Assembly: GCA_002404995.1 (NCBI GenBank)
Contig: DHKY01000004.1
Location: 122,821-186,820 of the forward strand
Direction of reading: 5' to 3'
DNA length: 64,000 nt
Origin: Bacillales bacterium UBA4682
GTDB taxonomy: Bacteria > Bacillota_I > Bacilli_A > RFN20 > CAG-288
Made by a program: the position numbers and the translations under genes. Within the stretch, counting starts at the first letter, position 1, and every line of letters begins with the position of its first letter. Below are positions 8,422 through 17,089 of this stretch, piece by piece. The notes under the pieces were generated by a model. The model saw only the letters and a list, made by a program, of their open reading frames with translations. It had not been told where the DNA came from and searched no databases.

Positions 8422-9479
8422 TATTTTTCTTCCTCTCTTCCGATAAGAAGACCATAAAGATAACGATCCAAATCGAACTCCTCAAGGTCATTCCTCTTTT
8501 CACCTAAGCCAATGAACTTCACCGGTAAGGAAAGACGATCACGGATAGCCAGGATGATACCGCCCTTGGAAGTGCCATCCCTCTTAGTAATAACAATACC
8601 AGTCAACGGAACAGCTTCCTTGAAAATCCTTGCCTGATCAATGCCGTTTTGTCCAGTATTCGCATCCAGGACAAGGAGGGTCTCATGAGGAGCCTCAGGA
8701 ATTACTTTCTTCCTGACGCGGATCCTCTTGGATAGCTCATCCCTTAGTCCTTTTTTGTTCTGAAGACGACCCGCTGTATCAATGAACACCCTATCGTAAT
8801 TCTCATCCTTTGCCTTCTTCCTTGCATCATAGCAAAGAGAGGCCGGATCGGAATTCGGGCGGGAAAGAAGGTCAACACCGACCTTTTCAGCCCAGAAAGC
8901 AAGCTGTTCCACGGCACCGGCACGGAAGGTGTCTCCAGCCACAATCAGAACCTTTTTTCCTTTTTCTTTATACTTGTGGGCAAGCTTCGCCAGTGTCGTG
9001 GTTTTTCCGACACCATTCACACCGCACCTGAAAACAATAGTAGGTCCTTCCTTAGCCCTAGTGATTTCCGTAGAAAAACTTCCGCCTTTGTTCGCATAGG
9101 AAATAAACCTCTTATCAATCAAAAGGTCATTGAGAGCAGTAGCATCCGTAATCTGCTTTGCAGAAGCTTCCCTCTGCGTTTCTTTGATCAATTCCAGAGT
9201 AAGATCTACGCCGACATCCGCTTCAATCAGAATCCGCTCCAAAGAAGTGAAGTAATCCGCATTGACAATCTTATTGCTCGAAGCAAGCTTCTTCAGCTTC
9301 TCGGTAAAGCCGATACGGGAACGGTCAAGGCCAGCAACATATTTGGCATCGATTTCCTCTTCGGTTTCTTTTTTCGGTTCCTCTTTCTTTGGTTCTTTCT
9401 TTTGACTCGGAGCAGCTTCTGCCGGTTTTTCCTCTTTATGCTTTGAGAATTTCTGCTTTAGAAAATTAATGAGACCCAT
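8421..9479 (-). CDS. ftsY: Signal recognition particle receptor FtsY
   Basis: K/E-rich N-terminus, GVNGVGKTTTLAKLA, DTAGRLQ, TKRDGTSKGG. Confidence 0.97.
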   Translation of the reverse strand: MGLINFLKQKFSKHKEEKPAEAAPSQKKEPKKEEPKKETEEEIDAKYVAGLDRSRIGFTEKLKKLASSNKIVNADYFTSLERILIEADVGVDLTLELIKETQREASAKQITDATALNDLLIDKRFISYANKGGSFSTEITRAKEGPTIVFRCGVNGVGKTTTLAKLAHKYKEKGKKVLIVAGDTFRAGAVEQLAFWAEKVGVDLLSRPNSDPASLCYDARKKAKDENYDRVFIDTAGRLQNKKGLRDELSKRIRVRKKVIPEAPHETLLVLDANTGQNGIDQARIFKEAVPLTGIVITKRDGTSKGGIILAIRDRLSLPVKFIGLGEKRNDLEEFDLDRYLYGLLIGREEEK

Positions 9480-10170
9480 TTCCGTTACCTGCTTTCTTAT
9501 TCAATGCATCCTGTGCTGCATTGACTTCGGCTTCTTTCGTATTATGTCCTTCGCCACGGCCTAGGACAAGATCATGGCATCTTGCCTCAACAACAAAATG
9601 GCAGTTATTCGCATCTTCGATGTTCTTCTTCGAGATGACGATATACTGGATGATTTCGCCACCCCTGACTTCCTGTAGCCGGCTCTTTGCATCCCGGCGA
9701 TTAACTAAATCGATTGCCTGTCCAAGCCTGGGAGTGAAAATCTCTATGACCCTGTTCCGGACAAAGTCATAGCCTTGATCAAGATAAACGGCAGCAATAA
9801 AGGATTCAAAGACATCTTCATCAATGTGAACATGAAATCTCGTATTTGCCTTTTCTCCCTCACTATAACGGACAAGAGATGCAAATCCATAAACATCTTC
9901 AGATAATGCAGTAAGGGTTTTTCCTTCGACAAGAGCTGAACGAGCTTTGCTTAAGGTCCCAGAAGGAGAATTGGGAAAATGATGATACACCCTGTCTCCG
10001 ACAATCCTGTCAAGAAGCGAATCTCCTAAAAACTCAAGGCGATCATAGGACTTGCATTCTTTGTGTTCATTGGTATAGGAAGCATGCGTAAAAGCTTCCT
10101 CATAGAGGGAGACATCATTCGGAACAATATGAAAACGCTGGAAGACTTCCTCAAGCGTTACTTGAATCAT
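9466..10170 (-). CDS. rnc: Ribonuclease III
   Basis: YDRLEFLGDSLLD signature and dsRBD C-terminus. Confidence 0.95.
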   Translation of the reverse strand: MIQVTLEEVFQRFHIVPNDVSLYEEAFTHASYTNEHKECKSYDRLEFLGDSLLDRIVGDRVYHHFPNSPSGTLSKARSALVEGKTLTALSEDVYGFASLVRYSEGEKANTRFHVHIDEDVFESFIAAVYLDQGYDFVRNRVIEIFTPRLGQAIDLVNRRDAKSRLQEVRGGEIIQYIVISKKNIEDANNCHFVVEARCHDLVLGRGEGHNTKEAEVNAAQDALNKKAGNGNGSH

Positions 10171-11158
10171 CCTTGAACTCCTTCTGCCTCTTTTCCAATA
10201 AATGGCTATCGACCCTCTTCTTAGCTATTTTCCTTGCCTGGGAGAAGGTATAGGCATTTGCATTGCCATGGGACTTAACACAGATGCCGTTGACTCCTAA
10301 AAGGTAAGCTCCGCCATAGGCTTTATAATCAAGTGAAGACTTCCTAGCACCGATTTGCTTGCGAACAAGCAGATATCCGATTTTTGTCTTGAGACTGTGA
10401 GTAAAAGCATCCTTCCTCTTGATGCCCCTGAACTTTGCCCTTCCTTCAACCGACTTCAGGAATACATTTCCGACAAAGCCAGGAGTAACCAGAACATCCC
10501 GCTTGCCATCTAAGGCATAACGTGCTTCGACATTGCCTTGGTAGTTCAGCGATTTTTCGTTTTTCAGCCTTTCGCCGGCCTTAACGATCTCATCGGTTCC
10601 CTTTCCTTCTTCAACGCCATTAGAAAGAGTGAAAACCCGGGGAGAAGGCCTTTTCAGGACTTCCTTTGCATAAATGTTACCCATTTTCGCAAAGCCGATC
10701 AAGTCTTCCGGAACATTGGTATTGTTAGCTCCGACATCCCTTGTTACACATGGATGATTTTCAAGTGTTGGAAGGGGAACACAGAGGCCGGCACGGGACA
10801 CTCCTTGGATATTCCGGAGTAGCCTAGTGGCACCTGTAATGAATCCGCCAGTAGAACCAGCAGAAATCACGCAATCTGCTTCTTTGTTCTTGACTGCGGC
10901 AATTGCCTGATACCTAGAAGAGTTCTTCTTGCGAAGGAAATCAAGAGGCTTGATTTCCCTTGGAATGATATCGTTTGTGTTACGGATTTCCCTACGTGAG
11001 AAATTCGGATCGTCCTTCAGAAGGCTGGTGAGCTTTTCTCCGTCTCCGAAAAGAAGGACTTTGGCATCCTTGTCTTCTTTCAGATACGAAATAACCGCTT
11101 TAGACAACTCTTCCGGGCCTAAGTCAGAGCCCATCCTATCTAATGCAAATATGGCCAT
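10151..11158 (-). CDS. plsX: Phosphate acyltransferase PlsX
   Basis: MAIFALDRMGSDLGPEE..., VISAGSTGGF, LLGVNGICVKSHGNANA. Confidence 0.93.
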   Translation of the reverse strand: MAIFALDRMGSDLGPEELSKAVISYLKEDKDAKVLLFGDGEKLTSLLKDDPNFSRREIRNTNDIIPREIKPLDFLRKKNSSRYQAIAAVKNKEADCVISAGSTGGFITGATRLLRNIQGVSRAGLCVPLPTLENHPCVTRDVGANNTNVPEDLIGFAKMGNIYAKEVLKRPSPRVFTLSNGVEEGKGTDEIVKAGERLKNEKSLNYQGNVEARYALDGKRDVLVTPGFVGNVFLKSVEGRAKFRGIKRKDAFTHSLKTKIGYLLVRKQIGARKSSLDYKAYGGAYLLGVNGICVKSHGNANAYTFSQARKIAKKRVDSHLLEKRQKEFKDDSSNA

Positions 11159-11225
11159 AGTTCCTCCTCAAAGAAATCCTTTTATTATGATAGCAAATAT
11201 TCCCCTCTTAAAAAAGGCATTCAGC

Positions 11226-13205
11226 CTAGACAATCAGGAAATCTTTTGACCTATCTAAGCTATCGATATATTCTTTGTTTTCCTTGTCCTCCCTATGGGA
11301 AAGAATCTCCTTCGCATCCTCTTTGGCAAAAGAAAACCTCTTCTGGTCTTCAACAAAATTGCAGACCCTCAGTTCGCTTCTTCCAGACTGTCCGCTCCCG
11401 GAATAAGAACCAGTTCCACGCTGCTTGAGATCAAACTGGGAAATCTCTAGTCCATCCGAACAAGTCGTAAGAAAATCGAGCTTTTCCTTTGCCTCCTTAT
11501 TTTCACCATCGTAGACAAGTACACAGAGTCCGAACTTGCCGTCTCTTCCGACACGTCCTCTCAGCTGATGAAGAGAAGAAAGCCCGAAATAATTCGCATC
11601 ATAGACAACCAATAGGCCGGCAGAAGTCACATCGATGCCGACTTCAATCACAGTAGTGGAAACCAGAATTGGTTTCTTACCGCTTGCAAAAGCACAAATA
11701 ATCTCATTCTGACTTTCTTTCTTGATTCGTCCATGAAGAAGCTGGACCTTATCCACTCCAAAACGTTCTGTCCTTTCCTTGTAGACACTTTCCGCTGACG
11801 AAGTCTGTTTCTCGCCTTGGTCGATTTTTGGGCAGACAACAAAAACCTGTCGTTTGGCATCGATTGCCTTCTGAATCGAGGAAAAGACGATTGGATCATG
11901 GGAACTGACCGAAATGGTCTTCACGTTCCGCTTGCCATGCGGGAACTGATTCAAAGTCGAAACATCCAAATCCGCATTGATAATCTGGGACAAAGTTCTC
12001 GGAATCGGAGTGGCAGACCTCCTAAGCCTGTCATTGCTTTCGTCCTTTGCAAGAAGCTCTTCCCGCTGTTTGACACCGAACAGCTGTTGTTCATCAATAA
12101 TCGATAAACCCAAAAAGGCAAAAGAGACTTTTTCCGAAAGGACGCTGTTTGTCGATATCAGAAGATCAATCGTTCCCTTTTCGAGTCCTTCCAGGATTTT
12201 CTTCTTTTCCTTCGTCAACGATCCGCCGGAAAGGAAAGCAATCTTCCTTCCATAGGGAGAGAGGACATCCATGGCTTTTTCATAATGCTGCTTGCTTAAT
12301 TCAAATGTCGGTGCCATTAAAACACCCTGCTTCTTTCTAAGGAAATTGGCATAGAGTGCAGCAAAAGCGACTATCGTCTTTCCCGTCCCGACATCGCCTT
12401 GGAGAAGACGATACCTGATTTTTTCCTTTTCCCTATCGAGCACAATGTCATGAATAGCACTGATCTGGTCATGAGTCAGCTTATAAGGAAGAGAAGAGAC
12501 AAACTGGTTGATTTTCTCATGCGGTATTTTCAATCCATTTGTCTTCTTAATCTGATCTGCTCTTTTTTTCCTCCTTAAGGCTTTCACCGAATACTCAAGG
12601 GCTTCCTCATATTTAAATACGCGCAGGCCTGCTTTCAGCTCCTTGTCGGTCTTTGGAAGATGAACATAACGATAAGCATCATACTCAGGAACAAAGCGGT
12701 ATTTCCGTACAAGATAGGAAGGAATCTTCGACTGCCTGATCTTTCCCATCGGATAAGACAATACCTTCTTAAGATAAGAAGTAAAATACGAATTCGATAC
12801 TTTTCTCGGAAGAGCATAAATCGGACGGATTCCGGTCAGAACATAATAATTGTCCAAATCAAAAATATTCGAGGCCCTATAGACCTTTCTTGCCTCCGAA
12901 TAAGTTCCGATTACCCTGAGTTCTTTCCCAGAAGACAGCATTCCTAGATAAAAGGGCTGCTGGTAAAGAAGGAAATCAACATGATTTCCACCCCTGGTAT
13001 CCACCTTAAAACGAATCAAAGAAGCGCCTCTGGTATTGATGTTCTTCAGATGAGAAATACTCCCCTTGACAATGATTTTATCCCCTGCTTTAGGCTCTGC
13101 TGGAATCGGGGTTGGCACTAAGGATTCATATCGGGAAGGAAAGTGGCGGAGAATATCTTCGCTGTCTTTGGCATTCAAAAGGAAGAAAAGCTCGTTTTGA
13201 TTCAT
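11226..13205 (-). CDS. recG: ATP-dependent DNA helicase RecG
   Basis: 659 aa with wedge domain, LLQGDVGTGKT, DEQQLFGV, LHGRIKKESQ, RGRVGRDG. Confidence 0.93.
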   Translation of the reverse strand: MNQNELFFLLNAKDSEDILRHFPSRYESLVPTPIPAEPKAGDKIIVKGSISHLKNINTRGASLIRFKVDTRGGNHVDFLLYQQPFYLGMLSSGKELRVIGTYSEARKVYRASNIFDLDNYYVLTGIRPIYALPRKVSNSYFTSYLKKVLSYPMGKIRQSKIPSYLVRKYRFVPEYDAYRYVHLPKTDKELKAGLRVFKYEEALEYSVKALRRKKRADQIKKTNGLKIPHEKINQFVSSLPYKLTHDQISAIHDIVLDREKEKIRYRLLQGDVGTGKTIVAFAALYANFLRKKQGVLMAPTFELSKQHYEKAMDVLSPYGRKIAFLSGGSLTKEKKKILEGLEKGTIDLLISTNSVLSEKVSFAFLGLSIIDEQQLFGVKQREELLAKDESNDRLRRSATPIPRTLSQIINADLDVSTLNQFPHGKRNVKTISVSSHDPIVFSSIQKAIDAKRQVFVVCPKIDQGEKQTSSAESVYKERTERFGVDKVQLLHGRIKKESQNEIICAFASGKKPILVSTTVIEVGIDVTSAGLLVVYDANYFGLSSLHQLRGRVGRDGKFGLCVLVYDGENKEAKEKLDFLTTCSDGLEISQFDLKQRGTGSYSGSGQSGRSELRVCNFVEDQKRFSFAKEDAKEILSHREDKENKEYIDSLDRSKDFLIV

Positions 13206-13280
13206 AGAAACATTATATCAGACAAAAAACTGCTGAAAGAGAAAAGGTTCCTAGCCTTCTGGATAGGAACCCACTGTTTA

Positions 13281-15020
13281 TTATTCGATAGAAACAAAGA
13301 AGGAATAGACCGGTTGGCCGCCGTCGACAACCTGGATTTCGAAGTCATCCGCAAACTTCTCGTTCAGTTTATCTTCGACTTCCTTTCGTTCCTTCTCATC
13401 GACATCCTGACCGCAGATAACTGTAATCAAGGAGTCTTCTTCGCTCTTCCTCTTTTCAATCCTTTCAATCAAGGAATTGATCTTATGTTTATGGACACAG
13501 AGAATCTTCTTCTTGCTGATACCCATAAACTGGTCCTTCGTGACGGTAACACCATCAATTGTCGTATCCTTGACGGCATAAGTAATCTCGCCGGACTTAA
13601 CAGAAGCTGCGTTTTCAGTCCTAGTCTCAACGTTCTCATCCAAGGAAGCGTCTGCATTGAACATCCTGCAGGCAGTAAGACCCTCTGGAATCGACTTCGT
13701 CGGAATCACAGCGACATTGCATTCCTCTTTCCTTAGTTCCTTGGCCTGATTGGCAGCCCTGATGATATTTCCGTTATTCGGGAGAATGATGACATTATCG
13801 GCATTTACTGCTTTGATAGCATTGATGAAGTCTTCTGTTGCCGGATTCCTCGTCTGTCCACCGGAAACAACATAATCGACAGAAGATTCCTTGAACCTTT
13901 CCTCGATGCCTTTCCCAACAGCGACAGCAATAAGCGCATAAGGTTTCCGTTTGGCATTAACAGTCGCAGCCGCCTTTAAAGCGACCGAAACTTTTTCTTC
14001 CTGGTTTGAACCGGATGGATTCTCGGTTTTGAAGCTATCCCTTAGTTCCTCATGCTGCTCGGACCTATTATCGCATTTCCTAGTCTTGAATTCACCAAAC
14101 TGCTGAGCATAAGTGAAAATATTGCCAGGTTTCCTAGTATGGATATGGACTTTGACAAGATCATCGGATTTGATGAAGACAATCGAGTTTCCATGTGCTT
14201 CAAGAACTGCCTTGAAACGTTTTTCGTTGAAGGCCTTCTTATCTCCGAGTTTATCCTGAGGCGGAAGCCTTAGAAGGAACTGTGTACAATACCCGAATTC
14301 CTCATGCTGGAATTTGGCCTGCACAGAGCCGTGCGGAACTTCGATTGGCTTGCCGGTTGAATAAGAAGAGGTATTTTCCGTAACGGTCGCCCTCTCCTTC
14401 TCGACAATCTGATTGTGAAGGGCTTTGGCGAAGCCTTCAAAGACTTTGACCAAACCGGCTCCACCAGAATCAACAACGCCGACTTCCTTCAGAACCGGAA
14501 GAAGATCCGGAGTGTGGTTCAAAGCTTCAATGGATTTTTCGAGAATATAGTCGAAGCAGACATCCATCGGCCTATTCCGTTCTGCTTTGGTATTGAAAGC
14601 AGCGGAAACCTCACGGATAACAGTCAGAATCGTACCCTCGACAGGACGCCTGACAGCCTTATAAGCGACTTCTTTTGCCTTTAATAAAGCATCCGCAAGA
14701 TCTAAAGCATCGATTTCGTCTTTTCCTTCGACGCCTTGAGCAAAACCAGAGAAAATCTGACTTAAGATAACACCGGAATTGCCACGTGCACCCATCAAGA
14801 GGCCACGTGCAAAGTCCTTTGCAACACGTCCAATCGAAGAATCGTTCTTGTTGAAGACTTCTTTGACGCCGGAAGACCTAGTGAGGTTCCTGTTCGTACC
14901 GGTATCACCATCCGGAACTGGGAAAACGTTCAGAGCATCGACTTCCGGAGCATGGTTATATAAGTTATTTGAGCCAGAGATAATCCTCTGCTTGAATATG
15001 ACACCATCGATTTTGATCAT
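13281..15020 (-). CDS. yloV: DAK2-domain fusion protein YloV family
   Basis: 579 aa; N-terminal Dak2 (PDGDTGTN...GNSGVI) plus C-terminal DegV-like part. Sits next to the Asp23 gene as in B. subtilis yloU-yloV. Confidence 0.85.
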   Translation of the reverse strand: MIKIDGVIFKQRIISGSNNLYNHAPEVDALNVFPVPDGDTGTNRNLTRSSGVKEVFNKNDSSIGRVAKDFARGLLMGARGNSGVILSQIFSGFAQGVEGKDEIDALDLADALLKAKEVAYKAVRRPVEGTILTVIREVSAAFNTKAERNRPMDVCFDYILEKSIEALNHTPDLLPVLKEVGVVDSGGAGLVKVFEGFAKALHNQIVEKERATVTENTSSYSTGKPIEVPHGSVQAKFQHEEFGYCTQFLLRLPPQDKLGDKKAFNEKRFKAVLEAHGNSIVFIKSDDLVKVHIHTRKPGNIFTYAQQFGEFKTRKCDNRSEQHEELRDSFKTENPSGSNQEEKVSVALKAAATVNAKRKPYALIAVAVGKGIEERFKESSVDYVVSGGQTRNPATEDFINAIKAVNADNVIILPNNGNIIRAANQAKELRKEECNVAVIPTKSIPEGLTACRMFNADASLDENVETRTENAASVKSGEITYAVKDTTIDGVTVTKDQFMGISKKKILCVHKHKINSLIERIEKRKSEEDSLITVICGQDVDEKERKEVEDKLNEKFADDFEIQVVDGGQPVYSFFVSIE

Positions 15021-15045
15021 ACGATATCCTTTCTAAAACGAGTGT

Positions 15046-15399
15046 TTACCGGATTTCAAGGACAAAAACGTTGACTGTCTTGAACGGGATTGAGAAAGTC
15101 TTTTCCAAGGAATAGGATACCTGTTTCTGGATTTCGTAGACGACAGCATTGATTTTGACATTCTTGGAAAGAACGACGTACAAAGAAACTTCGTATCCGT
15201 CTTTGACTTTCTTAACGGAAACACCATCTGAAAAATCTTCTTTCTTCAGTAATTCCAGAAGAGGCTTTGCAAAATCTTTTTTATTGACAAGTCCGACAAC
15301 GCCATAAACCTGAGACACAATATTGCCCGCCAGTTCAGCAACGGCAGCCCTGGAAAACTGGATTTTTCCGATTTTATTCGATTTACTAATGTTTGTCAT
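15046..15399 (-). CDS. yloU: Asp23/Gls24 family (alkaline shock protein, YloU-like)
   Basis: MTNISKSNKIGKIQFSRAAVAELAGNIVSQVYGVVGL... The track ORF starts far upstream, but the homologous region begins at the ATG at 15399. Confidence 0.8.
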   Translation of the reverse strand: MTNISKSNKIGKIQFSRAAVAELAGNIVSQVYGVVGLVNKKDFAKPLLELLKKEDFSDGVSVKKVKDGYEVSLYVVLSKNVKINAVVYEIQKQVSYSLEKTFSIPFKTVNVFVLEIR

Positions 15400-15455
15400 G
15401 ATAATTCGTTCATTATTATATAAGATTCTCTCCCAAAGGTCAAAAACGCCCTTTT

Positions 15456-15935
15456 TCAAGCAAGAGGGAAAACAAAGACAGTAAGATAGCCAAAAAGCAG
15501 GCCAAGGGATAAAAAGAATGGTGCGATAGAAAGAAGATAATATGTGATATAGTCCGTTTTTTTCTTTCTGTCCTTCCAAAAAGATTCGAATTGTTCCCTA
15601 TAGTATTTCTTTAATTGCCGTTTCTTGCAGAAAAAGAAATAAAAAAGAAACAAAGCGAATCCAACCAAAAAACATGGAAAAAGAAACAGAGATGCAATGT
15701 GTTGATCCTTGTGATTTTGAGGAACGTTCAGACTAGCAATAATGCTTTCTATCAAAAAAAGGAAAAAAATAAGACTAGGCAATACAGGATTCGGCTTAGT
15801 CCTTTTCTCAAAAGAAGGCTTATCATCAAGGCGAAACATCTTTAATAAACGGATTTCATGAACAATGAATAAGACAAAGCAAAAAAGAGAAATTCCAATC
15901 AATATATAAAAAATAATTCCGAGTATTTCGTTCAT
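15456..15935 (-). CDS. Paralog 1 of a small multi-TM membrane protein family (putative immunity-like)
   Basis: 159 aa; N-terminal TM, KPSFEKRTKP motif, C-terminal TM ending ...FPLA. Paralogous to the ORFs at 15956-16435 and 16607-17077. Confidence 0.7.
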   Translation of the reverse strand: MNEILGIIFYILIGISLFCFVLFIVHEIRLLKMFRLDDKPSFEKRTKPNPVLPSLIFFLFLIESIIASLNVPQNHKDQHIASLFLFPCFLVGFALFLFYFFFCKKRQLKKYYREQFESFWKDRKKKTDYITYYLLSIAPFFLSLGLLFGYLTVFVFPLA

Positions 15936-15955
15936 TTCCTATTCCTTCCGATATA

Positions 15956-16435
15956 TTAAGCAAGAGGAATACAAAAACCAACTAGCCTGCCAAGGGCCAT
16001 GCCACCAGTTACAAAAGGTATTTCAAAGAACTTCCCACATCGTTCTCTCGGCGGAGATTCAGCATCTCTTTTCCTGTCTTCCGGATAGGTCTTCTTTAGC
16101 CACTTCTTCTTGAAAAAAGGAAAATAGACAAAGGCAGCCACAATTCCTAAAACAAGACCAATCAACCTGCCGTGAAGACATCCCTTTTCGTTCCAGAAAA
16201 CGTTCCTGTCTTTTAGCTGCCTATCTGTTGAAAAAACGCCAATAAGTTCAGCAACACTAAAAAGAATTCCAATAATAGAAGTCCATCCCGGCACATTCAG
16301 CCTTTTCTTGAATTCAGGCCTCTCTTCTCCGTTTTTGAATTTCTTGTAAAAAGAAAACTCGTTTTGAAGAAAAAACGCAAACGTCACAGAAGAGCAAATA
16401 ATGAAGATAATCAGCAATATTTCAATGGCTGGCAT
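15956..16435 (-). CDS. Paralog 2 of the small multi-TM membrane protein family
   Basis: 159 aa; RPEFKKRLNVPG, YPEDRKRD, ends ...CIPLA. Confidence 0.7.
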   Translation of the reverse strand: MPAIEILLIIFIICSSVTFAFFLQNEFSFYKKFKNGEERPEFKKRLNVPGWTSIIGILFSVAELIGVFSTDRQLKDRNVFWNEKGCLHGRLIGLVLGIVAAFVYFPFFKKKWLKKTYPEDRKRDAESPPRERCGKFFEIPFVTGGMALGRLVGFCIPLA

Positions 16436-16446
16436 ATGTCATAGAA

Positions 16447-16605
16447 TTCCTTATTGAACCACAGTATAGGTCAAATCGTAGCTGCTCCACCATAGTCCGA
16501 TTTTATCCTTAGAACAGTAGTGATACACAGCCTAAACCAATTCTTTTAACAAGAAGTTGTATAAAGTGTACCACTATCATTTTAATGATAATAATATTGT
16601 CACGT
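16447..16605 (-). pseudogene. Frameshifted orphan fragment homologous to the 3' end of the lipoprotein gene at 17090-18082
   Basis: Translations ...IIKMIVVHFIQLLVKRIGLGCVSLL (one frame) then YHYCSKDKIGLWWSSYDLTYTVVQ* (another frame). These match the lipoprotein C-terminus ITLFKYIIGHYLPCLTKGVIRMIGSLLYHYGSKNEIGLWWSNYNLLNYVLD*. DNA identity is visible too (gtagctgctccaccatagtccgattt vs gtagttactccaccataagccgattt). Confidence 0.7.
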
Positions 16606-16606
16606 T

Positions 16607-17077
16607 CTAAGCAAGAGGAATCCAAACACAAATCAATATTCCAAGGACCGCAAAGCCAATAGCGAAAGGGGCCACAAAGCCAAAACCAATGTTCTGTTTG
16701 CTCGATGCATGTCTGTTTTTTTCCATTTCCTCTGGATATAAAGTCTGAAGAGTAGTGTCCTTGAAGCCATAGTAATAAATAATACCGATAACTGCTCCTA
16801 CTGCCCTTCCAACCACTCCTCCAGTTAAGCAAACCCTAAAACGATTAGGTTCTCCCCCTAGAAAACAAACAGCAGCACCACAGAAAGCGGCAATGAAAGC
16901 TAGCAGGAATTCTATCAAAGTGATTATTCCTGCAGGATCTGTTGCCTTTTCGAAAGAAGGTTTCTCTTTGCTATTAACTGTTTTTCTGAAAAAATAAGCT
17001 TCTTCTCCGATAAAACACAAAAAAGACAAGAAAGAAAGAACCAATAAAACAACTGCAGCAATTTTTGCAATAAGCAT
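16607..17077 (-). CDS. Paralog 3 of the small multi-TM membrane protein family
   Basis: 156 aa; KPSFEKATDPAG, YPEEMEKN, ends ...WIPLA. GGAG SD 6 nt upstream. Confidence 0.7.
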   Translation of the reverse strand: MLIAKIAAVVLLVLSFLSFLCFIGEEAYFFRKTVNSKEKPSFEKATDPAGIITLIEFLLAFIAAFCGAAVCFLGGEPNRFRVCLTGGVVGRAVGAVIGIIYYYGFKDTTLQTLYPEEMEKNRHASSKQNIGFGFVAPFAIGFAVLGILICVWIPLA

Positions 17078-17089
17078 ACTATTCTCCTT

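Noticed and set aside
16509-16832. 107-aa ORF in the track
   Set aside because: Overlaps paralog 3 out of frame. Only its last ~30 codons are meaningful, as the frameshifted toxin-C-terminus remnant.
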